This document shows positions 1 to 9,149 of a DNA stretch of 64,000 nt, in pieces. A program made the position numbers and the translations under genes. This DNA is from Candidatus Omnitrophota bacterium (GTDB lineage Bacteria > Omnitrophota > Gorgyraeia > Zapsychrales > Zapsychraceae), in NCBI GenBank assembly GCA_029261065.1, contig JAJDCB010000030.1, positions 260,876-324,875 on the forward strand, given 5' to 3'. The notes beneath the pieces are model-generated. The model worked only from the letters and a program-made list of their open reading frames with translations, was not told the DNA's origin and did not search any database. Numbering within the stretch: position 1 is the stretch's first letter; every line of letters begins with the position of its first letter.

Positions 1-132
1 AAAAGGAAATTCACTCTACTTTGATGCCTCTTTAGAGCATTATTTCGAAAATGAAAATAAAACCGTTACACGCATTATTTGCGTGTCCTCACCTGTGACT
101 CTGTAAATTCAAAAATTAAAAAAGGTATTGAT

Positions 133-1731
133 ATGTTGTTTTATCAAATCGTGGCTCTTTTTAACCTAATGACATGTGGTCTGATGTATATGATCATCAT
201 GACCAAGTATAATACTTCTAAAGTACATAAAACGTTTTGTTATTTTGCGTTTAGTGTATTTTTATGGGCATTTTGTTATTTCTTTTGGCAAATATCGACT
301 AATAGCCAAATTGCGCTTTTTTGGTGCCGCGCTTTGATGGTTGGAGCTATTTTTATACCGTCAACGTATTTTCATTTTAGTGTTCATGTTATAGAACAAT
401 ATGAAAAATACAAACATTATGTTAAATGGTCGTATTTTGCCAGTTTGATCTTGTTAATATTAAATTTTACTCCATTATTTGTTTACGATGTTAGACCTCG
501 CCTCATATTTCCGTATTGGCCAACTGCAGGTATTACTTTTGCCTCATATATAGCTTTATATGTTTTTGAGCCAACTTTTGCTTTATTTTTATTAATTAAA
601 AATTTAGACAAAATGGAGCCTTATACCAGAAAAAGATTTAAGTATTTATATTGGGGAACGCTTATTGGTCTGGCTGGAAGTCTTACGAATTTTCCTTTAT
701 GGTATGATATTCCTATTTTACCCTGGACGAATGGCTTGGTTTCGGTTTATTTTTTCTTAGTGACGTATTCCATTGTCAGATATCAATTGTTTGATGTGCG
801 CATTGCGATTAACAGAAGTTTAGTTTATACCGTGTTGGTGACCACTGTAACGCTTATATATTTTATGTCTATTTATGCCTTAGAACGGCTATTTCAGGAT
901 TTTGTTGGTTATAGTTCTTTTTTGGCTTCTTTAACATCAGCGACAGCGATTGCCATTTCTTTTATTCCATTACGTAATACGATACAAGTTTTTATCGATA
1001 CTTATTTTTTTAAAGGTAGTGTGACTCAAATTGTTCAAGAAAATGAAATGTTAAGGCGAGAAGTTGCTCAGGCCGAGAAGTCAAAGGCTATTGCAACATT
1101 AGCTAGTGGGATGGCTCATGAGATTAAGAATCCGTTAACTGCCATTAAGACGTTTGCTGCGCACCTACCAGAAAAAAGGAGTGATGTTGCGTTTGTAGAA
1201 CAGTTTTCTACAATTGTTGGTAAAGAGGTTAATCGTATCGATGATCTTGTGCATCAATTGCTTGAGTTTTCTCGTCCAGCTGCTTTAGATATTAAAGAGG
1301 CTGAGATTCATAATATTATTGAGGAATTGTTGAGTCTTTTAAGAAATCAGTTGAAAGATAAAAATATAAGCGTTAAAAAAGATTTTGTTAGAAAAACAGT
1401 GTATATAAATTTAGACGAGAGTAGGATAAAGCAAGTCTTTTTAAATGTGCTGCTAAATGGCATTGATGCGATGTTAAGCGGTGGGGAGCTGACCATTAAG
1501 ACGAGAATACACCTAGATAGATTAGAACTGACCTTTATGGATGAAGGAGTTGGTATACTTAAAGAAGATATTTATCAAATTTTCGATCCTTTTTTTACAA
1601 GAAAAGATAATGGAACAGGTCTTGGTTTGGCTATTGCAAAGGGCATTATTCAAGAGCATAAGGGGACAATTTTGGTAAAAAGTGAGGTAGGAGTTGGTAC
1701 AAGTTTCATTATTGACCTTCCGTTAAATTAG
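133..1731 (+). CDS. Membrane sensor histidine kinase with N-terminal multi-TM (HisKA_7TM-like) domain
   Basis: Multiple hydrophobic helices, H-box MAHEIKNPL, N-box QVFLNVLLNG, G-boxes DEGVGI and GTGLGL. Start moved from TTG at 79 to ATG at 133, which follows AAAGGT. Confidence 0.9.
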   Translation: MLFYQIVALFNLMTCGLMYMIIMTKYNTSKVHKTFCYFAFSVFLWAFCYFFWQISTNSQIALFWCRALMVGAIFIPSTYFHFSVHVIEQYEKYKHYVKWSYFASLILLILNFTPLFVYDVRPRLIFPYWPTAGITFASYIALYVFEPTFALFLLIKNLDKMEPYTRKRFKYLYWGTLIGLAGSLTNFPLWYDIPILPWTNGLVSVYFFLVTYSIVRYQLFDVRIAINRSLVYTVLVTTVTLIYFMSIYALERLFQDFVGYSSFLASLTSATAIAISFIPLRNTIQVFIDTYFFKGSVTQIVQENEMLRREVAQAEKSKAIATLASGMAHEIKNPLTAIKTFAAHLPEKRSDVAFVEQFSTIVGKEVNRIDDLVHQLLEFSRPAALDIKEAEIHNIIEELLSLLRNQLKDKNISVKKDFVRKTVYINLDESRIKQVFLNVLLNGIDAMLSGGELTIKTRIHLDRLELTFMDEGVGILKEDIYQIFDPFFTRKDNGTGLGLAIAKGIIQEHKGTILVKSEVGVGTSFIIDLPLN

Positions 1732-1820
1732 ATAAGAATAAATACGTTTGTTGTTGTGTATGATAGTTTTAATGCTTAATATTTAGTGTAATCTTAAAAA
1801 ATAAACATAGGGAGAATAGT

Positions 1821-2474
1821 ATGTTAAAAATTTATGGGGTTAGTTTATCAACACCGTGCAATAAAGTGAGATTTGTAGCAAATGCATTAGATTTAGATTA
1901 TGATTTTGTCGTTGTGAATATGTCGGAAGGAAAACATAAATCGGAAGAGTATCTAGAGTTGCATCCAGCGGGTAAAGTTCCTGTTATTGATGATGAGGGG
2001 TTTGTTTTATTTGAAAGTAATGCGATTATTAAATATTTGAATGAAAAAAATAATGCTGGTTATTATCCAACAGAGCATCGACAACGAGCTATTGTTGATC
2101 AATGGTTAGATTTTTCGAGTCAACATGTGGGGGCGGCAATGAATAAGGTGTTTTTTAATCGGATACTTGCCCCTAAATTTCAAATGGAGGTAGACGCGCA
2201 ATCGTTAAAAGATGGAGAAAAATTTTTACAGAATTTTTTACCGGTGATACATACACAACTAGGAAGACATAAATATCTGGCAGGTGCTGAGTTAACTTTA
2301 GCGGATTTTAATTTATTGGCTGTTCTTGATCCTGCTGAAGTTAGTCAAATTGATTTAACTCAGTTTGATCATATAACGAGATGGCGCGACGAGCTTCGAG
2401 ATAAAGGGTTTTATAAACAGTGTTTTAATAATAGCAATTATACTGAAATGTTAATGGCGATGGCAAAAGAATAG
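1821..2474 (+). CDS. Glutathione S-transferase family protein
   Basis: HPAGKVPVIDD...LFESNAIIKYL N-terminal motif, YLAGAELTLAD C-terminal motif, GGGAG RBS. Confidence 0.92.
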   Translation: MLKIYGVSLSTPCNKVRFVANALDLDYDFVVVNMSEGKHKSEEYLELHPAGKVPVIDDEGFVLFESNAIIKYLNEKNNAGYYPTEHRQRAIVDQWLDFSSQHVGAAMNKVFFNRILAPKFQMEVDAQSLKDGEKFLQNFLPVIHTQLGRHKYLAGAELTLADFNLLAVLDPAEVSQIDLTQFDHITRWRDELRDKGFYKQCFNNSNYTEMLMAMAKE

Positions 2475-2514
2475 GTTTTTTACTGGATTACGTGTTTTAA
2501 AAAAGCGTGGGACT

Positions 2515-4140
2515 TTATTCAGAAGAAGGAGATTCTGGCATTTCAAAGGGAAGTATAATGCTTACGGTGGTACCTTGGTTTTTCACACTTGTAATACGAA
2601 TTTTTCCTTTATGGCTTTCAATAATGCTTTGCGCAATTGATAGGCCTAAACCAGTATGTTTTTCTTTTGTGCTGTAAAATGGATCAAAAATTTTATTCAA
2701 TTCTTTATCGGGGATGCCACAGCCCGTATCTTTAACATGAATTATAAAGTAAAATGATGTTTGTTCCGTCTCAATCGTTAAATTCCCGCCCCTTGGCATT
2801 GCTTCCAAAGCATTGATGATAATGTTAACTATTGTTTGATTGATTTGATCTGGGTCTATCACTAGATTAACAAATTGTTTATCATCAAATTTTTTATGCA
2901 CCTCAACACCATTTTCTAATATGTTGTTTTTTAAAATTACCAGAGTACTGTTTATTAATAATACAATATTAGTATTTTTTGTCGTTAAAGGGGTTGGGTT
3001 GCTGTATTGATTGAGATGATGAAGCAAACTGTTAATGCGTTGGACCTCGTTTGCGAGAACAGTAGAAAATTTATTTAGAAATTCTTCATCATGTAATTTT
3101 TTAGGAAGATAATGACAATATCCATTGATGGCCGTCAGGGGGTTTTTTATTTCATGAATTATGCTATTGGTTAATGTGGCCAACGTTTTATATCTTTCCG
3201 CTTGAGCGGCTTCTTTCATGAGAAGCTCATTTTGTTCTGCAATTTGAGAAAAACTTCCTTTAAAGAAGTATCGATCAATAAGTGATTGAATAACATTTTT
3301 CAGAGGGATAAAAATTAAGGCAATCGTGGCCATGGCAATCGTTGAACTTACCAAGGATTGGTAACCTAAAATATCTTGGAAAATACGCTCTAGAATGTAA
3401 ATGGTCACAAAATAAAGAATGGTAATGCATGTGATAAGGCTGGAATAAACAAGTCCTTTTTTAAGGATGATATTTATATTAAAAAGTTGGTATCTAAGTA
3501 TAGCGTAAGCAAAGAGAAGGACATAAATGGCTACGAAAATGTTACCAACGGGAGGAATAGGGATGTCAAACCAGAGGGGGAAGTTTGTAAAACCTCCCGA
3601 ATAACTAATTAAGGAGCCAAAAAGAATATATCTGATTTGGTTGCGTTTGATGGGGTGCGTTGTTTTATATTCTTTGGAAAGCAATATAACGCTATAAATG
3701 ATTAAAAGGGCGTAAAGAATAACGTATATTAAGTAGTACTTTCCTGCTGTTGGCCAAAACTCAAACATCATTCTAGGTTTAACATCTTTCACAAAGAGAG
3801 GGGTGAAATTTAATATTAGAAATCCGAGACTTACGACGTATCCAATTAGGATTTTTACACGGTGTTTTTTGTAATTTCCAATTAAGTTAACACAAAAATG
3901 AAAATAGGTGTTTGGGATGAAGATAGCTCCTGTCATTAAGGCGCGGCACCAGAAAAGGGCTGTCGTCTCGGTCTTAGAAAGTTGCCATATAAAATAGCAT
4001 ATTGACCAAATAAAAATAGAGGATGCGAAGTAAAAAAAGGATCGGTTTAAAGAAGATTTTGGGTTTTTGGAAAAAACAAAGATTCCTAAAATTAATGATA
4101 CCAAAGTATTGAGTAAAGCGCTGAAAGGGAAATACCACAT
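2515..4140 (-). CDS. Membrane sensor histidine kinase with multi-TM N-terminal domain, paralogue of 133-1731
   Basis: H-box IHEIKNPL, DTGCGI, TGLGL. Shares ALFWCRALM-GAIFIP, ILNFTPLFV and TNFPLW-DIPI-P with the first kinase. Confidence 0.9.
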   Translation of the reverse strand: MWYFPFSALLNTLVSLILGIFVFSKNPKSSLNRSFFYFASSIFIWSICYFIWQLSKTETTALFWCRALMTGAIFIPNTYFHFCVNLIGNYKKHRVKILIGYVVSLGFLILNFTPLFVKDVKPRMMFEFWPTAGKYYLIYVILYALLIIYSVILLSKEYKTTHPIKRNQIRYILFGSLISYSGGFTNFPLWFDIPIPPVGNIFVAIYVLLFAYAILRYQLFNINIILKKGLVYSSLITCITILYFVTIYILERIFQDILGYQSLVSSTIAMATIALIFIPLKNVIQSLIDRYFFKGSFSQIAEQNELLMKEAAQAERYKTLATLTNSIIHEIKNPLTAINGYCHYLPKKLHDEEFLNKFSTVLANEVQRINSLLHHLNQYSNPTPLTTKNTNIVLLINSTLVILKNNILENGVEVHKKFDDKQFVNLVIDPDQINQTIVNIIINALEAMPRGGNLTIETEQTSFYFIIHVKDTGCGIPDKELNKIFDPFYSTKEKHTGLGLSIAQSIIESHKGKIRITSVKNQGTTVSIILPFEMPESPSSE

Positions 4141-4322
4141 AACTATACTCCAATTTTTAAGTATGTAAGATAGTTTTTATTATAACGAAATGAGATTGCT
4201 TTAGAAAGTAAAAATGCATTTAGAATAAAAAGGCATTATATTAATTTTACTAGAAAAATTAACATTGTTTAGTATAATCATCAATAAATTAAAATGAATT
4301 TTCAAAATGGGGGAGGATTTAT

Positions 4323-5009
4323 ATGCAGAGAATTACGACATTGATGTTGATAATGTTTTTTTTATGTATGAGTGTTACAGGTTATACAGAACAAAAAGGG
4401 GGAGACCATCAGGGGGAGGCCTTGGCCGTTATGAAAGAGGCTCTTCAAAAAAGAATAAGAGTTACTGGAACGTTGGATTTGTTTGATGTTAAAGCGGATC
4501 GAGTGAGAAATTTGAGAAAAATTGAATTTAAAGAAGAGGTCGTTAATGATGGCGACCAATTGGTTGGTATGATGACATGTAAGGATATTGCGACAAATGA
4601 CATGGTTTGGATCGAAGCGGTAGTTCTTGCTAAAAAGGAAGAGGCTTTAAGTTTTAAGGAATTCCGGATCGCAAAAATTGATAAATTTGAAGATAGTAAA
4701 GCGGAGATTTTTGAGAAGAAGAATGTTACTAGGGAGGAGTTGATCACGACTATGACATCTTATGTTGAGCAAAAATCAAAATTTACGAAAAGTTTTGATT
4801 TATACGACGAAAAAGCAAGTAAACTGCGTCACTTAAAGCTAAATTCTTTTTCTGATAAAACGAGAGCCTTTGGGAGTTTGCATATTACTGAAGTTTTATT
4901 TAGTGATGTCGAAACGAATGAAACGCTAAAAATTGATATGACCGTTGAAAATAAAGCTGGTCAATTGAATGTAAAGAAAATAAAAATCAAAAGTGTTTTA
5001 CCTCAATAA
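4323..5009 (+). CDS. Exported hypothetical protein with two internally repeated domains
   Basis: GGAGG RBS, N-terminal signal-peptide-like segment, two similar ~85-aa halves. Confidence 0.75.
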   Translation: MQRITTLMLIMFFLCMSVTGYTEQKGGDHQGEALAVMKEALQKRIRVTGTLDLFDVKADRVRNLRKIEFKEEVVNDGDQLVGMMTCKDIATNDMVWIEAVVLAKKEEALSFKEFRIAKIDKFEDSKAEIFEKKNVTREELITTMTSYVEQKSKFTKSFDLYDEKASKLRHLKLNSFSDKTRAFGSLHITEVLFSDVETNETLKIDMTVENKAGQLNVKKIKIKSVLPQ

Positions 5010-5068
5010 TTTTGAAACAAGATTAAGGTATGTATAACCTTTTTAAACTTTTAGGGTGTTTCAAAATT
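5008..5068. repeat. 12-bp perfect inverted repeat with 37-nt spacer
   Basis: AATTTTGAAACA (5008-5019) and TGTTTCAAAATT (5057-5068), starting at the stop codon of the 4323-5009 gene. Confidence 0.55.
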
Positions 5069-5198
5069 TCTTACCTATGTGAGTGCCTAAATTATAAGAT
5101 TTTTCATAAAATATCTGTTTATCAGTTGTAATAAGATTCTGATAATGTAAAATGTGATATGTATATTACTATTAAATAATATTATATATTTTATATTT

Positions 5199-7610
5199 AT
5201 GAAAAATAATCAATTTAAATTATCTTTTCCTTCCTTAATAATTTTCAGTCTCACACTCTGCACAATGTTGTGTTTTCTTGCCGTTTTATGGCAAATGACA
5301 CAGCTTACCTTCAGAATTGAAACAGAATTGCTCAATCATCACTCCTTTTTAGTCATGGAATCTTTTTTACAACAATTTTCAAAGTTGATTTTTACAGTCA
5401 TTTTTTTATTATGGCTAGGTTTAGTAAACATGCTTTTTGTGGTTAAAAGAAGTAGAGAGATGCGTAAAAAACTTTTTAACAAAACGTCTATAGTTAACTT
5501 ATTACATAAAGTGACCAGAGCGGCAAATGAGTCTAAGAGTAGTAACGAGGCGTATAAAGAAGTTTTAGAAATTATTTGTAACTATATGAAATGGCCGATT
5601 GGACACGTTTATGTGCAAAGTAGAAAGAATATGCAAGTCATGGTTTCTGCCGGTATTTGGCGCTCCCCGGAATCTCGGCCTTACCAAAAGTTTCGAGATG
5701 CTTCAAATAAAATAAAATTTAAAGAAGGAGAGGGGGTTATTGGTCTTGCGTTTCAAACGAAAAAGCCGGTTTGGATAAAGGATGTGGATAGGGATCAACA
5801 ATTTAAACGTGCGGCTTTAGCACAAAGCGAAGGATTTAAATCTATCTTAGTTTTTCCTGTCTTGGTAGGAAATCAAGTTGTTTCAATTTTAGAATTTTAT
5901 AGTCGTGAGAGTTGTGAAGAGGGTGATGAGATTGTTAAGTTGATGGGAAATGTAGGAGTCCAGTTGGGGCGGGTTATTGAGCGAGAACGCGCCTCCGAGC
6001 AATTAAAAAATGAGAAAAACATAGCTGTACAGTTAGGAAAGAAAGCCCTGCTTTCTTCGGAAGCAAAGAGCACTTTTTTAGCAGGAATGTCACATGAAAT
6101 TCGTACGCCGATGAATGCGATTTTAGGATTTAGTGACTTATTAACGCGCACAGAATTAGATGAGACTCAATTTAAGTACATTCAAACCATTCAATCGAGT
6201 GGAACGTTATTGATGAGCATTATTAATGATATTTTGGATTTCTCAAAATTTGAATCAGGTAAAATGCAATTAGAATCCATTAATTTTAATATAGAATATT
6301 TAGTTCATGATGTTTTTAAGATGGTGATGGAGAGGATTGCCAATAAACCGATCGATACTTTTGTAGACATAGCAGAGGATGTTCCTCGGTATCTTTTGGG
6401 AGATCCAACAAGATTAAGACAGGTTTTTCTGAATTTGTTGGGAAATGCAATTAAATTTACGAGTGATGGAGAGATAGGCGTTATTATTCGAAGAAACAAT
6501 GCCCTTGTTTCGGAGGATAATATTGGTTTGTTATGTATTGTCAAAGATACGGGGATAGGGGTTTCTGAAGATAAACATCGTTTAATATTTGAGTCTTTTA
6601 GTCAGGCAGATCAGTCAACAACGAGAAACTTTGGCGGTACAGGTTTAGGCCTTACTATATGTAAGTCCATTGTTGAGGCTATGGGTGGCAGGATTCGCAT
6701 TGAGTCGACAGCAAATGTGGGAAGTAAATTTATTTTTGAAATTATTTTGCCAAAGGGTAAGTCATTGACAGAAAGTGAAATTTATCCTCTTTCGTTAGAC
6801 CAAATTAAGAATAAAAAAGTAGCAATCGTTGAAGATAACGACAAAAATCGTGAAATTTTGATTAATTATTGTGAGCAAATTGGCATGGATGTTGTTTTTG
6901 TCGCAAAGAGTGGAGAATCATGTTTACAAAAATTAGATAGTATGGCATCGATTTGTGTTTTCCCTGATGTTTTACTGACGGATATGCTTATGCCTGGAAT
7001 GGATGGCTATGCATTGATAGATAAAATTAGAAAGAATGATAATTGGAAAAAGCTTCGTTTTGTTGCTGTTAGTTCAGATGCTCGTGTGGGAATCACAAAA
7101 GAGGCTCAGGAAAAAGGCTTCCATGGTTTTCTACCTAAACCAATTATCAGAGATGAATTGAAAAATGTGATTGCTGTTGTTTTGGGTGATCAAAGAGAAA
7201 AGAAATCTATTATTACACGTCATAGTGCCGAGGAGATGCATTGCAAAGGGATTAAAGTTTTGGTCGCAGAAGATAGCTTTCCCAATCAGGAATTAATGAA
7301 AGCTTATTTTAAAAATCTTGGTTGTGATGGTGAGTTTGCTGAAAATGGTGCCGAGGCCATTGAGATGATTAAGAAAAATTCTTATGATCTTTGTTTTATG
7401 GATTTACAAATGCCAGTTATGGGCGGGATAGAAGCCACTCTAAAGATTAGAAAAGACATTTCCAAAGAGCTTCCTATTATTGCTTTAACGGCAAATGTTA
7501 TGAAAGAAGCTTACGAGAAATGTTTAAAAGCTGGTATGAATGACTTCTTGCCAAAGCCCGTTGATATGGAATCTCTTAAAAAGAAAATTGTTGGGGTTGT
7601 TAAAAATTAA
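5199..7610 (+). CDS. Hybrid sensor histidine kinase (2 TM, GAF, HisKA, HATPase, two receiver domains)
   Basis: FLAGMSHEIRTPMNAI, GDPTRLRQVFLNLLGNAIKFT, GGTGLGL, REC motifs LTDMLMPGMDG and FMDLQMPVMGG. ATG at 5199 preferred over GTG at 5154. Confidence 0.93.
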   Translation: MKNNQFKLSFPSLIIFSLTLCTMLCFLAVLWQMTQLTFRIETELLNHHSFLVMESFLQQFSKLIFTVIFLLWLGLVNMLFVVKRSREMRKKLFNKTSIVNLLHKVTRAANESKSSNEAYKEVLEIICNYMKWPIGHVYVQSRKNMQVMVSAGIWRSPESRPYQKFRDASNKIKFKEGEGVIGLAFQTKKPVWIKDVDRDQQFKRAALAQSEGFKSILVFPVLVGNQVVSILEFYSRESCEEGDEIVKLMGNVGVQLGRVIERERASEQLKNEKNIAVQLGKKALLSSEAKSTFLAGMSHEIRTPMNAILGFSDLLTRTELDETQFKYIQTIQSSGTLLMSIINDILDFSKFESGKMQLESINFNIEYLVHDVFKMVMERIANKPIDTFVDIAEDVPRYLLGDPTRLRQVFLNLLGNAIKFTSDGEIGVIIRRNNALVSEDNIGLLCIVKDTGIGVSEDKHRLIFESFSQADQSTTRNFGGTGLGLTICKSIVEAMGGRIRIESTANVGSKFIFEIILPKGKSLTESEIYPLSLDQIKNKKVAIVEDNDKNREILINYCEQIGMDVVFVAKSGESCLQKLDSMASICVFPDVLLTDMLMPGMDGYALIDKIRKNDNWKKLRFVAVSSDARVGITKEAQEKGFHGFLPKPIIRDELKNVIAVVLGDQREKKSIITRHSAEEMHCKGIKVLVAEDSFPNQELMKAYFKNLGCDGEFAENGAEAIEMIKKNSYDLCFMDLQMPVMGGIEATLKIRKDISKELPIIALTANVMKEAYEKCLKAGMNDFLPKPVDMESLKKKIVGVVKN

Positions 7611-7624
7611 GGATTAAGTACCTC

Positions 7625-9046
7625 GTGAAAAATTATCAATTTGATTTTGAAAATTTAGAAAATACGCTTAAAGTCCTTATTGATGCTGTTGAGCAAACGG
7701 GGGACAACGTGATGGTTACTGATAAAGAGGGTAATGTTAAATATATTAATCCTGCTTTTGAGAGAAATACAGGGTTTTCCCTTGCGGAAGTTATTAACAA
7801 AAATCCAAGGTTTCTTAAGTCTGGAAAACAGGACAAAGAATATTATGAAGAGCTATGGAAAAGTATATTGAGTGGAAAAGTTTTTCGAGCGACGACAATC
7901 AACAAAAAAAAGTCGGGGGAGTTGTATTATTCTGATCAAACGGTATCGCCTGTGACCAATGAAGTTGGTGAGATTACACATTTTGTTTCTGTATGGAAGG
8001 ATATTACTGAGCGTATGGAATATCAAAATGAACTTAATGCATTAAATGATATGCTTTCTTATGAAAAATTGAAACTCGAACAAATTCTTAGCTTTGATGA
8101 AAAGATTAGTGCTCTTGAGAATATAAATGAGATGATTGATTTTATTCTTAAAAAAGTGAGTGTAATCTTAGGCTCTCAACGGTGTTCCTTGTTTTTAGTT
8201 GATGAGAATACTCATGAGATATGTATTAAGGGAGCAATTGGCATATCTGAAGACATTGTTAAGAAAATAAAGGTTAAGCAAGGTGAAGGGGTTATGGGGA
8301 TTGTTATTCAATCGGGAGAATTTTTACTTGTGGAAGATATTGATTTAGATAAGAGGATTGATCGTGAGAATAATTCTAGATATAAATTTAAATCTTTTAT
8401 GTGTGTTCCTATTAAGTTAGAAAATAAACTTATTGGTATTGTTAATGTATCTGAAAAATCTTCCCAAAAAGATGCCATTTATACGTCATTAGATTTAAAA
8501 ATTTTATTGGCTATTGTGCGGGAAGCTGCAGTAGCCATTGAAAATGCCAGAATGTATAAAGAACTAAAGTATTTAACGGTTACGGATCCATTAACGCAGT
8601 TATACAACTTTCGATATTTTACTAAATCCCTAGAGCATGAAATAAATCGCTTTAAAAGGACAGCAAGACCATTAAGCTTGTTGATGATTGATGTAGATCA
8701 TTTTAAAGCGTATAACGATAGTTTTGGGCATTTGGAAGGGGATATCTTGCTTAAGAAGTTAGCCAGTGTCTTTGTTGGTGTGAGCCGCGATATTGATTTT
8801 GTTTGCCGTTATGCGGGTGATGAATTTGCTGTGATATTGTCTGAAACTAATGTTGATGAGGCTAAACAGGTTGCACAACGTATGTTAGAAAAGGTGCGAA
8901 AGTTAAAATTAAAGCAAAAAGTTACTTTAAGTATTGGAATAGCTCAATGTACAGAGAGCATGGATCGTAGAGATTTTATTTCAAAAGCAGATCGTGCTTT
9001 ATTTGAGGCTAAACACGAGGGACGTGATCGCGTTTGTACCTTGTAA
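7625..9046 (+). CDS. PAS-GAF-GGDEF diguanylate cyclase (AGDEF variant)
   Basis: PAS YINPAFERNTGFS, GAF, DPLTQLYN, DVDHFKAYNDSFGH, RDID I-site, RYAGDEF, ADRALFEAK. Confidence 0.92.
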   Translation: MKNYQFDFENLENTLKVLIDAVEQTGDNVMVTDKEGNVKYINPAFERNTGFSLAEVINKNPRFLKSGKQDKEYYEELWKSILSGKVFRATTINKKKSGELYYSDQTVSPVTNEVGEITHFVSVWKDITERMEYQNELNALNDMLSYEKLKLEQILSFDEKISALENINEMIDFILKKVSVILGSQRCSLFLVDENTHEICIKGAIGISEDIVKKIKVKQGEGVMGIVIQSGEFLLVEDIDLDKRIDRENNSRYKFKSFMCVPIKLENKLIGIVNVSEKSSQKDAIYTSLDLKILLAIVREAAVAIENARMYKELKYLTVTDPLTQLYNFRYFTKSLEHEINRFKRTARPLSLLMIDVDHFKAYNDSFGHLEGDILLKKLASVFVGVSRDIDFVCRYAGDEFAVILSETNVDEAKQVAQRMLEKVRKLKLKQKVTLSIGIAQCTESMDRRDFISKADRALFEAKHEGRDRVCTL

Positions 9047-9102
9047 ACATCTGTAAGTGATTCTTTTTATCAAAGGCTTGGAAGTCTAATGATATAAAAG
9101 TG

Positions 9103-9130
9103 TTGCATAATTTCTTGTTCCTATTAGAAT
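9103..9130 (+). promoter_or_regulatory. Putative sigma70 promoter for glgB
   Basis: TTGCAT-16 nt-TAGAAT upstream of the AAGGA RBS and ATG at 9150. Confidence 0.4.
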
Positions 9131-9149
9131 AAAGGTTAAGGATAAATGC

